Made by a program: the position numbers and the translations under genes. This document shows positions 8,448 to 17,494 of a DNA stretch of 37,730 nucleotides, one piece after another; the stretch's first letter is position 1, and every line of letters begins with the position of its first letter. Source of the DNA: an archaeon (GTDB lineage Archaea; Micrarchaeota; Micrarchaeia; Anstonellales; Bilamarchaeaceae). The stretch spans positions 1 through 37,730 of the forward strand of contig JAGVON010000067.1 in NCBI GenBank assembly GCA_020052735.1. The letters are read 5' to 3'. The notes under the pieces were generated by a model that did no database searches, was not told where the DNA came from, and saw only the letters and a program-made list of their open reading frames with translations.

Positions 8448-9584
8448 ATGGCTTCCATAGAAGAGGTTCAGTCGTTCCTGCTGGGGCTTCCCGGCGGGCA
8501 GATAACGCTTGCGCTGGTTGTGTTCGTGGTTTCCGCATTTGTATTGTACTACGCGGCGATACTGCTTATCGCCCTGTTCAAGAAGGTGAGCTCAAAGACC
8601 AAGACCACGCTGGACGACATACTCGCGGACAAGGTGAGGAGGCCGCTGAAGCTCATATCCATTGTTGTTGCCGCTTTCCTTGCATCCGGGGCCGCGTACC
8701 CGGACGCGGTGCTCGCAGGGCATTCCACGGTTGAGATATTCAAAGTGCTGCTGATGCTCTGTGCAATCATCCTCATAGACGCGGTCGTGGACGGGCTGCT
8801 GATATGGTACGGGAAGGAGATTGCGCCCAGGACCTCCAGCAAGTTTGACGACGAGGTGTTTCCCCTCTTCAGGAAGGTCGCGCGCGTGCTCATATACGTG
8901 CTGGGCATACTCATCATACTTAGCGAGCTGGGCGTGGAGATTGCGCCCCTGATTGCGGGATTGGGGATTGCGGGGTTGGCGGTTGCCCTTGCGCTGCAGG
9001 ACACGCTGGGGAACTTCTTCGCCGGGGTGTATATGCTCGCGGACAAGCCCATCCGGCCGAACGACTACATAAGGATAGACGGGACGGAGGTGGAGGGCTC
9101 GGTGGTGGAGGTGGGCTGGAGGAGCACGAAGATACTCACCCTTGCGAACAATTACGTTTTTGTGCCGAACTCAAAAGTGGCGCAGAGCATAATAATCAAC
9201 TATTATAGCCCGGAGAGCCGGCTGGGGTACGTGATGGACTTCACGGCTAGCTATGATGATGAGCCGGGGAAGGTGGTGGAGGCGCTGCTGGAGGCGGCGA
9301 AGGAGGTGGAGAAGAGGACCGGCAAGATAACCTCGGGAGGCGGGGTCACCTGGGCGAGGCCGGACACCTTCGGGGAAAGCGCCATAAACTACAAGGTGGG
9401 GGTGCAGGTTCCCACCTATGTGGACAAGTATGCGGTGAAGGGGGAGATGGTGAAAGAGGTCTATACGCAGTTCAGGAAGAGTGGTATCACAATCCCTTTC
9501 CCCACACGGACTGTTTATCTGAAGGGGGACATGGATACGGGTAAAGGCAAGGAAATTAGAATAAAGAAAGGAAGGGGCGCTTAG
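8448..9584 (+). CDS. mscS: Small-conductance mechanosensitive channel (MscS family)
   Basis: N-terminal TM helices, GLGIAGLAVALALQDTLGNFFAG, GWRSTKI, VPNS and ITIPFPTRTV. Confidence 0.92.
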   Translation: MASIEEVQSFLLGLPGGQITLALVVFVVSAFVLYYAAILLIALFKKVSSKTKTTLDDILADKVRRPLKLISIVVAAFLASGAAYPDAVLAGHSTVEIFKVLLMLCAIILIDAVVDGLLIWYGKEIAPRTSSKFDDEVFPLFRKVARVLIYVLGILIILSELGVEIAPLIAGLGIAGLAVALALQDTLGNFFAGVYMLADKPIRPNDYIRIDGTEVEGSVVEVGWRSTKILTLANNYVFVPNSKVAQSIIINYYSPESRLGYVMDFTASYDDEPGKVVEALLEAAKEVEKRTGKITSGGGVTWARPDTFGESAINYKVGVQVPTYVDKYAVKGEMVKEVYTQFRKSGITIPFPTRTVYLKGDMDTGKGKEIRIKKGRGA

Positions 9585-10033
9585 TCTTCCGCGCCCGCCT
9601 TCTTGAAGAGCTTCACTATCTTCGTCTTTATGGTGGTCGGGATTGGCACCGCCATCTCCACGAACTCCACCACGAGCTCGTCCTTGTTCTCGTTCACCTT
9701 GGTCACGCGGGCTTTCTCCCCCTTGAACGGCCCGCTCTTTATCTCCACGGTGTCGCCCACTTCCACGACCATGGAGGCCGGCTTCTCAACCGTGACCATC
9801 TTCTGTATCTCCTCTATTGTTATGGTCTTCTTGAGCATGCCCTTGACGTGCCTGGTGTTGTGCGCGAGCTTCGCCGCGTCCTCGTCGCTTGCGACCTCCA
9901 CGAACACATAACCCTTCACGTTCTCCGGGACCAGGAGGGAATAGACCGCGAGGCGCTGCACCCTGGCTTTTTTTTCAAGCATCTGCGAGACGATCTTTTC
10001 CTGCCCTGTTGTCACCCTGAATATGTATATCAT
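9581..10033 (-). CDS. spt5: Transcription elongation factor Spt5 (NusG homolog)
   Basis: RVTTGQE, KGYVFVE and the KOW motif GDTVEIKSGPFKGEKARV. ATG at 10033; alternative GTG at 10042. Confidence 0.95.
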   Translation of the reverse strand: MIYIFRVTTGQEKIVSQMLEKKARVQRLAVYSLLVPENVKGYVFVEVASDEDAAKLAHNTRHVKGMLKKTITIEEIQKMVTVEKPASMVVEVGDTVEIKSGPFKGEKARVTKVNENKDELVVEFVEMAVPIPTTIKTKIVKLFKKAGAED

Positions 10034-10042
10034 GCATGCCAC

Positions 10043-10198
10043 CTAGATTACTGTGAATATCACGAACATTATCACGCCAACCACGCCCACGATGAGCATC
10101 CCGGCGCCCGCAATCTTCATTATCTCGTCCAGCTCCCGGTTCGTCGGCTTCCTTGCTATACGCAGGATCCTTATGCAGCGGGATATCAGTTCTTTCAT
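10043..10198 (-). CDS. secE: Protein translocase subunit SecE/Sec61-gamma, 51 aa; not in the ORF track
   Basis: Manual translation gives MKELISRCIRILRIARKPTNRELDEIMKIAGAGMLIVGVVGVIMFVIFTVI*. It has the R-I-L-x-x-A-R-K-P motif and one TM helix, and lies between ftsZ and spt5. Confidence 0.93.
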   Translation of the reverse strand: MKELISRCIRILRIARKPTNRELDEIMKIAGAGMLIVGVVGVIMFVIFTVI

Positions 10199-10199
10199 A

Positions 10200-10297
10200 T
10201 TTTCACCTTCGGTGAAAAGACTGACAAAATTCTGCCCGATTTTCGCATCGGCGAAAATGGGCGCATTTTTCCTTCTGGAAAAATAGCGCGGAATTTT
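10200..10297. repeat. Cluster of three TTTTC...GAAAA inverted repeats with an enclosing stem (structured intergenic element)
   Basis: TTTTCACC-TTC-GGTGAAAA (10200-10218); ATTTTCGC-ATCG-GCGAAAAT (10239-10258); ATTTTTCC-TTCT-GGAAAAAT (10265-10284). Outer stem AAAATTCTGC/GCGGAATTTT (10226-10235/10288-10297). Confidence 0.75.
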
Positions 10298-10301
10298 ATC
10301 A

Positions 10302-11399
10302 TCATCCTATCACGTCCAAATCTATATCGTCTGTCGGCGATGGGTTCTCGCTCTCCACCGAATACTTGGGGAACTTCACCCCTCCCAGCACGACCAGCAC
10401 CTTTATGGATGCCTTCTGGAGGTTCGGCTCAATCCTGGAGCCCCAGATTATGTGGGCGCCGGGGTGTATCCTCTTGCTTGTCTCGGATACTATCAATTCC
10501 GCCTCCTTTAAGGTCATGTCCTCGCCCCCGATTACGTTCACGAGGGCGCGGCTTGCGCCTGAGATGTCCGCATCCAGCAGCGGGGAATTGAGCGCCGTTT
10601 CTATTGCAATGGTGGAGCGCTCCTCGCTCTTCGCATCCACGGACGCCTCGCCCAATCCGATTACGGAGTAGCCCGCGCCGGAAAGGATGGTCTTGAGGTC
10701 GGCGAAATCCACATTTACCAATCCGGATTTTGTGATTAGCTCTGCGATGCCCTTTACCGAGCCCGCGAGGACCTCGTCGCAGACCTTGAACGCCGTGTTC
10801 AGCGGGAGGTCGGGGGCGATTGTGAGCAATTTGTTGTTTCGGATAACTATGAGGGTGTCTGTGTTCTTCCTGAGCGCCTCCAACCCGGCGAGCGCGTTCT
10901 CCATCCTCACCCTTCCTTCGGAGTTGAAGGGGAGCGTTACTACCGCTATTGTGAGGGCGCCCATTTTCTTGGCTTCCTCCGCGATTATGGGTGCGCTTCC
11001 GGTGCCGGTTCCGCCGCCCAGGCCGCAGGTGACGAAGACCATGTTTGCGTCCTTTATCGCATCCTTTATCTCTTCCATGCTCTCCTTTGCGGCGCTTGCG
11101 CCGATTTCGGGGTTGCTCCCCGCGCCCCTCCCTTTTGTGAGCTGCTTGCCGATGAGGATTTTCCTGTTCGCGCGCACCTTGAGGAGGTGGCGGGCATCCG
11201 TATTTACGCCTATGAGGGTAACGCCGTCCACGCCCAATTCAAATAACCTGTCTACTGTGTTTGTGCCGCTGCCGCCAGCGCCCACGACGTATACGTGGGG
11301 CTTGGATTCCTCTATGAATCTCAGTATCTCCTCGTCCTCCTTGGAAACGGGGGCGGATGAGAGTTCCTTTATCTTGTCCTCAATCGTCACATGGCACAC
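10302..11399 (-). CDS. ftsZ: Cell division protein FtsZ (FtsZ1-type context)
   Basis: VVGAGGSGTN, NTDARHL, tubulin signature GLGGGTGTG, and NVDFADL. The start may instead be GTG at 11390. Confidence 0.97.
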   Translation of the reverse strand: MCHVTIEDKIKELSSAPVSKEDEEILRFIEESKPHVYVVGAGGSGTNTVDRLFELGVDGVTLIGVNTDARHLLKVRANRKILIGKQLTKGRGAGSNPEIGASAAKESMEEIKDAIKDANMVFVTCGLGGGTGTGSAPIIAEEAKKMGALTIAVVTLPFNSEGRVRMENALAGLEALRKNTDTLIVIRNNKLLTIAPDLPLNTAFKVCDEVLAGSVKGIAELITKSGLVNVDFADLKTILSGAGYSVIGLGEASVDAKSEERSTIAIETALNSPLLDADISGASRALVNVIGGEDMTLKEAELIVSETSKRIHPGAHIIWGSRIEPNLQKASIKVLVVLGGVKFPKYSVESENPSPTDDIDLDVIG

Positions 11400-11479
11400 C
11401 CTAAAGCTAGTAGTGGATAATACTTCTTTGCAAAGATTTTAAATAATGCTTTAAACGTAATATTGCTGTTATCTGGTTA

Positions 11480-11553
11480 GCCCTCATAGTCTAGCTTGGA
11501 TAGGACGCAAGCTTGCGGAGCTTGGAACCGGGGTTCAAATCCCCGTGAGGGCG
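11480..11553 (+). tRNA. tRNA-Arg(GCG), no intron, CCA not encoded
   Basis: Acceptor stem GCCCTCA/TGAGGGC, anticodon arm CAAGC-TTGCGGA-GCTTG, T arm CGGGG-TTCAAAT-CCCCG. Upstream TTTAAA box and downstream T-run. Confidence 0.96.
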
Positions 11554-11587
11554 TATCTTTTTAATTACTAGAGAAGATTTTGGGGGT

Positions 11588-14278
11588 ATGCAGGGTGCGG
11601 TAGGGCGGAGCCTTAACGAGCAGAAAGTCTTCTCCTATGCGAAACTCGTGGAGAAGAGCGAGGGCTTCTGGAATTCCATTCTCGTATTTTTGGGGGCGCT
11701 TTCCCTCCTTTCCGCGATTCCATTCTATCCGCTTCCCGTCGCGTTCGTGGCTGCGCTGGTGTGCGGGGCGATTGCGTTCAAGGCGCCGCATTTCGGGGTT
11801 GCGCTGGGCGTGCTCCTTGTGCTGCCGGCGCTTGCTTATCAGTCTACTATACTGGCGTGGATAGGGTTGCTCCTGTTTGCGCTCGTGCTCTTTGAGATGT
11901 TTGACAATTGGGGAGTGATTGCGCTGCTGGAGGTGGTGTGCCTCGCCCCTTTTGCGGCTTATCCGTTTGCGATGTTCGCCGGTTTTATTTACCTGATGAT
12001 GGCGTGGGGAAGCCTGCATTTCGGCTCGCACAAGAGCGTCATCATTTCTGTCCCTGCGGTGCTGCTCATACTGCTATTGTCCTCGTTATGGTTGGTGCAG
12101 AACAACGCGTATTTCCCGGTAACCATGAGTTTGTACGAGCCGGGGCTGGAGTCCCTGATGGTCTCAAAGCCGGCGATGGGCATGGGGGATTTTGCGGGTG
12201 CTATCGGGCCCGCGCTGGCGAATGCGTTCAACTTCGCCGGGGCGCGGGACATATTCCCGGCGATGGGGAAGATTTGGGACAACCTGATGCGGCTCCTGTT
12301 CATGGACTTCGGGCTTTTCCAGATAGCGGTTTGGGCGATTGCGCTGTATGCGGTGGGATGGCTGCCCGCGCAATTGAAGGGAAAGTGGACGCAGGCGGCG
12401 TCTGCGGCTGCGCTGCTGATTGTGCCTCTCCTTTATTTCGCCATGGGCATCGTGATGAGGTTCCCGTTCAATCCTATTATGCTGTTCTATGTGCTCGCAT
12501 CCATACTGGTGCTTGCCGCCCTTGATTTTGTTGGAGTTAAGGTTTCCAAGGAGAAGCAGATAAGGGCGAAGGAAAAACTGAAGGGCTTCGGCAAGCTGGG
12601 CGTGCAGGATTTGCGGCTGGGCGCGGGGGAGCGCGGGCTGGGCGACGTGGGCGGATATGAGGACGTGAAGAAGGAATTGAAGGATTCCATCATCACTCCA
12701 TTGCAGGAGAGGGAATTGGCGGATGCGTACGGGCTGAAGCCGCCTTCCGGGATACTTTTGTTCGGGCCGCCCGGCACTGGAAAGACGATGCTGATGAGGG
12801 CGTTCTCCAAGGAACTGGGATATGGATTTTATTATGTGAAAACTTCGGAGATTTTGAGCAAGTGGGTAGGCGAGAGCGAGAAGAACGTGAGCGAGATATT
12901 TGACACGGCGAGGAAGAGCGCGCCTGCGATAATATTCTTTGATGAGCTGGATGCGATAGGGAAGAAGAGGAGCGAGAGCGGCGTGGACGAGGTGGGGCCG
13001 CGCGTGCTCAGCACGCTGTTGCAGGAGATAGACGGGTACAAGGACGACAAGAAACCGGTGATTGTCGTGGGCGCCACAAACGTGCCGAACAAGCTGGACC
13101 CGGCGCTCATGAGGCCGGGGAGGTTTGATAAAATAATCTATATGCACCTCCCGGACCTGGAGGCGAGGAAGGCGATATTCAAAGTCCATATGTCCGGGAT
13201 ACCTACCGCGCCGGACGTGGACATCAACGCACTGGCGAAGAAGACGGACAGGTATTCCGGAGCGGACATAAAGAACGTGGTCACGGAGGCGCTGAACGCC
13301 GCGGCGCAGAAGGCGAAGGAGGCGAAGAAGATAATACCTGTGGGGATGGCGGACCTGCTCAATGTGCTGGGATACACGAAGCCGAGCACCACTTTTTCGC
13401 AGCTTGAGGATTATGAGGAGTTCAAGACGGACTTTGAGCGCTCAATCGCGAAGGAGGTGAAGCCCACCCAGGAGGAAAAGAAGGCGGTGGGCTGGAAGGA
13501 CGTCGCGGATTTGGAGGACGTTAAGGGCGCCTTCAAGGAGGCGATTGAGGTTCCGCTGCTGCATCCGGAGCTTATGGAAAAGTACGGGGTGAAGGCGACT
13601 GGCGGGATACTCATGTTCGGGCCGCCCGGCTGCGGGAAGACGCTCGTGGTGAAGGCGGCTGCGAACGAGATGGACGTCACCATGCTCACGGTTAGCGGGG
13701 CGCAATTGATGAAGAAGGGCTACGGGCACGCGGTGAATGTCATAAAGGAAACGTTCAACAGGGCGAGGGAGAATCCCCCGGCACTGGTTTTCGTGGATGA
13801 AATAGAAACAATAGCGCCATCAAGGGAAATGGGGAGGGCGGATGTGGTAGGGCAGTTCCTTACGGAGATGGACGGGCTGAAGGAACTGAAAGGGGTGGTG
13901 GTCATAGGGGCGACAAACAAGCCGTCCATGCTTGACCCGGCGATATTGAGGCCGGGGAGATTTGATAAAATATTTTACATCCATCCTCCGGATGCGAAAG
14001 GAAGGGAGCAGCTTTTTGCAATACACTTCGGGGAATTTGCGAAGGGGTTGGACTTGGCGAAGCTCGCACGGCTCTCTGAAGGGTTCTCCGGTGCGGACAT
14101 AGCGGCGCTCGCGCAGGAGGCGAAGATGCAGATGGTGAGGGACCGGCTTGCCGGAAGGGAGCCGCACACGAGCACGGACGATGTGCTGAGGATGCTTTCA
14201 ATGAGGAGGCCATCCATAACCGCGCAGGCGCTGATGGAGTACGAGGACTTCCTGCACGAATACGGGGAGAGGCATTAG
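11588..14278 (+). CDS. Membrane-anchored Cdc48/VCP-like tandem AAA+ ATPase (polytopic N-terminal domain + D1 + D2)
   Basis: ~320-aa hydrophobic multi-TM N-terminus. D1: GPPGTGKT / IIFFDELD / ATNVPNKLDPALMRPGRFD. D2: GPPGCGKT / VFVDEIE / ATNKPSMLDPAILRPGRFD. Confidence 0.9.
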   Translation: MQGAVGRSLNEQKVFSYAKLVEKSEGFWNSILVFLGALSLLSAIPFYPLPVAFVAALVCGAIAFKAPHFGVALGVLLVLPALAYQSTILAWIGLLLFALVLFEMFDNWGVIALLEVVCLAPFAAYPFAMFAGFIYLMMAWGSLHFGSHKSVIISVPAVLLILLLSSLWLVQNNAYFPVTMSLYEPGLESLMVSKPAMGMGDFAGAIGPALANAFNFAGARDIFPAMGKIWDNLMRLLFMDFGLFQIAVWAIALYAVGWLPAQLKGKWTQAASAAALLIVPLLYFAMGIVMRFPFNPIMLFYVLASILVLAALDFVGVKVSKEKQIRAKEKLKGFGKLGVQDLRLGAGERGLGDVGGYEDVKKELKDSIITPLQERELADAYGLKPPSGILLFGPPGTGKTMLMRAFSKELGYGFYYVKTSEILSKWVGESEKNVSEIFDTARKSAPAIIFFDELDAIGKKRSESGVDEVGPRVLSTLLQEIDGYKDDKKPVIVVGATNVPNKLDPALMRPGRFDKIIYMHLPDLEARKAIFKVHMSGIPTAPDVDINALAKKTDRYSGADIKNVVTEALNAAAQKAKEAKKIIPVGMADLLNVLGYTKPSTTFSQLEDYEEFKTDFERSIAKEVKPTQEEKKAVGWKDVADLEDVKGAFKEAIEVPLLHPELMEKYGVKATGGILMFGPPGCGKTLVVKAAANEMDVTMLTVSGAQLMKKGYGHAVNVIKETFNRARENPPALVFVDEIETIAPSREMGRADVVGQFLTEMDGLKELKGVVVIGATNKPSMLDPAILRPGRFDKIFYIHPPDAKGREQLFAIHFGEFAKGLDLAKLARLSEGFSGADIAALAQEAKMQMVRDRLAGREPHTSTDDVLRMLSMRRPSITAQALMEYEDFLHEYGERH

Positions 14279-14345
14279 CAAGAAATCAGGCACTATTATT
14301 TAAAGGCTAATCTGAGTATGGGTATGACTGTTAGGGGTTGGTGCT

Positions 14346-16844
14346 TTGAAAAAAGACTCTAGTTTAGATGGCGAGCACTTAAACTTTGCCATAGTTCCAA
14401 AAGCACATACTCCGATGTATTTGATGCACAAATACTGGGCTAGAAAGCCGCATAATGTTGTTAGTGAATACGTCAAGAATTATTCAAAAAAGGGCGAAAT
14501 TGTTCTGGATCCTTTTTCTGGAAGCGGCGTTACTGCCATAGAAGCGATTAGGGCTGGAAGAAAAGCTGTGGCATTTGATTTGAATCCGATGTCAATCCAG
14601 ATAACTAAAATGACTGCGATGCCTGCCGACATATCCAAAATCAAGTCAACTTTTGATGAAATCAAATGCAAATGTAAAGAAGACATCACCAATTTGTATC
14701 TAACGAGATGTAAAAAATGCTCCAAACCTGCAACGATATTGGCAACCATTTGGGATAAAACAAAGAACAAACCAGTGGAACTGAGATACTATTGCGACAC
14801 ATGCAAATCAAGAAGTTCTAAAGAGCCAGAAAATGAAGATTTGGAGTTATTGAAAAAAATAGAAAATATGAAGATACCGTTTTGGTACCCAGAAACCAGG
14901 CTTGCTTACAATGGCAAGGATTTTGTTAAGAAAGAAAAGTCGGATTATATTAAAGACCTCTACACAAAAAGAAACTTAGTCGCACTATCAATATTGCATG
15001 ATCAGATTGAAAAAATCAAGGATTCTAAAACTCAGGAATTTTTCAAATTCGCTTTTACTTCCATGGTCCATCTAGCGAGTAAAATGTGTCCTGTTGCAAA
15101 ACCAAGCGAACGTTCGCATTGGAGTAAGTTCAGCTCAACATCCTTCTGGGCTTTACAGAGCTACTGGATCCCGCCAATAAATATGGAATCAAATGTATGG
15201 ATGCTTTTCGAAAGTGCGATATGTGGAAAACAGGGGTTAATAAACGGAAAAACAGACTCAAATGAGACTATTGCGCGGTACAAGGAAGCAAAACAGTTTG
15301 AAGATCTAAATGATGATTCAAATATTTTTATCAAAAGACAAAATGTATTGGAGCTAGATCGAGCAATTCCTGCAAATTCAGTGGATTACATCTTCACTGA
15401 TCCACCGTATGGTGGTGCTGTCCAATATTTCGAATTGAGTACATTATGGGCGTCTTGGTTGAGATTGGATATGGACTACTTGGACGAGATAACTATAAAC
15501 TCTCAGCAAAGCAAAGATTTCGATTACTATCACAATATGCTCAAAGCGGCATTTACCCAGATGTACAAGATCCTTAAACCCGGCAGATATCTCACAGTCA
15601 CGTTCCATAGCACTGACATAAAGATTTGGAATTCCATCTTGAAAGCAGTGGTGTTTTCTGGGTTTGATCTTGAAAAAATTGTATATCAGCCTCCGGCGAG
15701 AGCATCCGCAAAAGGTCTTATGCAGCCGTACGGCAGCGCAGTAGGAGATTACTACCTTAGGTTCAGAAAGCCAAAAACAGAGAAACTTGTCACGGACAAG
15801 CAGCTTGACCATATGACATATGAAAGAACGGTAGTAAATGCAGCGACACGGATAATCGAAGAACGTGGCGAGCCGACTACGTACCAGCATATACTGAATG
15901 GCATTATGGTACAACTCAACGGAGGGAGAGATGCGCCACTGGGCGCACGTGGACTAGAAGACGTCCTCAAAAATAATACGGGTGAAGGCAAAAAGCTGTC
16001 AGTAGTTAATGTGACCGATGAGAAAGGGAAGAGAATGAGGATGTGGTGGCTCAATGGAGTCCCACTTACGCGCATGCGGCCGGCGTTATCTGAAAGAGTG
16101 GATCGAGCGGTTGTGGATGTTCTCAAGAGGCGTATGAAAGCAAGTTTTGATGATGTTCTTCAGGAGATTTTCATCCAATTCCCAAATGCGGTAACACCTG
16201 ATACTGATAGCGTTATCTCATCACTGGAGGAGTATGCAGATAAAACTCCGGATGGGATGTGGCGCCTTAAGCCGAAGGTTGTAGAACGGGAATCCCAACA
16301 CACTTCTATGATTTATCTACTCGCAATGATTGGTAAGAGATGCGGTTATGACGTATGGATTGGGCATAAGGAACAGGCTGATTCTTATCAAGGCAAGAAA
16401 CTTTCGGATTTATGCGACTTTGATTATGAGCCAAATATCAAGCTGGGTTTAACTAGCCACGAAATGGAACGGGTAAAACAAATAGATGTCATTTGGATCG
16501 ATAGGGGTACTCCGGAATACGAATTTGAAGTGGAGAATACAACTGGTATAACCGAAGCATTTGTCCGAGGTTCAAATCTGCCGCAAACAACTTACCCAAT
16601 GAAGAGATACATCGTTCTGCCAGACGAGCGCGAGCATTTGATGAGAAGGAAAATGAAAGAGCCGATGATAACTGAAGCAATGAAAGAAAACGGCTGGAAA
16701 GTTCTTTATTATGACGCTCTTCTCGCATTTTCTGAAAAAAACAAGAATGCAAAGAAGATGGATGCTAAAGAAATTGAGAGTCTTGTCTCAAAATTCAAGA
16801 CCGAAGATGAACATAAACAGACAAAGCTCTCAGAGATGTCATAG
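14346..16844 (+). CDS. Amino-DNA methyltransferase with a Zn-ribbon insertion, fused to a putative C-terminal PD-(D/E)xK-like nuclease
   Basis: HKYWARKP, SAM-binding DPFSGSG, CxxC...CxxC and catalytic TDPPY. C-terminal IDVIW...EFEVENTT. Visibly AT-richer than its neighbours. TTG start is uncertain. Confidence 0.85.
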   Translation: MKKDSSLDGEHLNFAIVPKAHTPMYLMHKYWARKPHNVVSEYVKNYSKKGEIVLDPFSGSGVTAIEAIRAGRKAVAFDLNPMSIQITKMTAMPADISKIKSTFDEIKCKCKEDITNLYLTRCKKCSKPATILATIWDKTKNKPVELRYYCDTCKSRSSKEPENEDLELLKKIENMKIPFWYPETRLAYNGKDFVKKEKSDYIKDLYTKRNLVALSILHDQIEKIKDSKTQEFFKFAFTSMVHLASKMCPVAKPSERSHWSKFSSTSFWALQSYWIPPINMESNVWMLFESAICGKQGLINGKTDSNETIARYKEAKQFEDLNDDSNIFIKRQNVLELDRAIPANSVDYIFTDPPYGGAVQYFELSTLWASWLRLDMDYLDEITINSQQSKDFDYYHNMLKAAFTQMYKILKPGRYLTVTFHSTDIKIWNSILKAVVFSGFDLEKIVYQPPARASAKGLMQPYGSAVGDYYLRFRKPKTEKLVTDKQLDHMTYERTVVNAATRIIEERGEPTTYQHILNGIMVQLNGGRDAPLGARGLEDVLKNNTGEGKKLSVVNVTDEKGKRMRMWWLNGVPLTRMRPALSERVDRAVVDVLKRRMKASFDDVLQEIFIQFPNAVTPDTDSVISSLEEYADKTPDGMWRLKPKVVERESQHTSMIYLLAMIGKRCGYDVWIGHKEQADSYQGKKLSDLCDFDYEPNIKLGLTSHEMERVKQIDVIWIDRGTPEYEFEVENTTGITEAFVRGSNLPQTTYPMKRYIVLPDEREHLMRRKMKEPMITEAMKENGWKVLYYDALLAFSEKNKNAKKMDAKEIESLVSKFKTEDEHKQTKLSEMS

Positions 16845-16863
16845 CAAAATGAACTCGTTTCAA

Positions 16864-17433
16864 TCATATCTGTTTTACCGCGATTACTCCCGCCTGCGTT
16901 TTGAAGAATTTGTAGCCCGCCCTCATGAGCACCCTTTCGGTTTTGGTGCCCCTCTGGGCGACTATCTCGTCCAGGTTGCCGTCCGGGTTAAGGGGCGTCG
17001 TGAGGGTGACGGCGAACTGGAACTCATGGGCCCTCCCCTCCATCTCGCGGTGGTCCACCAAGAGTTCGCGCAGCCCCTTCCCCTCATATGGGAGGAGGAC
17101 GGCATCGTCCTCAAGGAAAATGGCATTAGTATAGCCGGTTTCCAGCTGGAGATTTGTAGGGTTATATGCGGTGCCCCATGCGAGCCCCACGGCGACGAGC
17201 ATCCTGCCAACATATGCGCCGTAGCTCATGTTGCGCTTCAGGACTTCCTTCACCTCGTCCTCGGTGACCGCGAAGAGGCACTTCCTCATTATGTTGGTGA
17301 CCTCCTCCGCGTCTTCGGGGGTGAGGCGCTTTATCTCCGCCTCTTCCATGTCTATGGGTGAGCGCACGCGCATCTTGGGGGATGCCTTCTCCTCCTTGTT
17401 CTCTTCAATTATGGCGCTCTTGAAGTCGCTCAT
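16864..17433 (-). CDS. GNAT-fold acetyltransferase-like protein
   Basis: Likely start MSDFKSAIIE at 17433; the ORF-track extension overlaps the next gene. IKRLTPED...AVLLPYEGKGLRELL...LMRAGYK resembles GNAT motifs A and B. Confidence 0.6.
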   Translation of the reverse strand: MSDFKSAIIEENKEEKASPKMRVRSPIDMEEAEIKRLTPEDAEEVTNIMRKCLFAVTEDEVKEVLKRNMSYGAYVGRMLVAVGLAWGTAYNPTNLQLETGYTNAIFLEDDAVLLPYEGKGLRELLVDHREMEGRAHEFQFAVTLTTPLNPDGNLDEIVAQRGTKTERVLMRAGYKFFKTQAGVIAVKQI

Positions 17434-17494
17434 CAAATGGATAATGCGAAGGAGGAGTTTTAATCTATTGCGATGGGGGCTGGGTGCGGGATCC

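Noticed and set aside
14273..16850. CATTAGCAA / CATAGCAA similarity at the two ends of the methyltransferase gene as a target-site duplication
   Set aside because: Short, imperfect and centred on stop codons, so compatible with chance.
11480..16863. tRNA-Arg as the integration site of an island containing the methyltransferase
   Set aside because: I saw no duplicated tRNA 3' end and no integrase. The intervening AAA gene has host-like composition.
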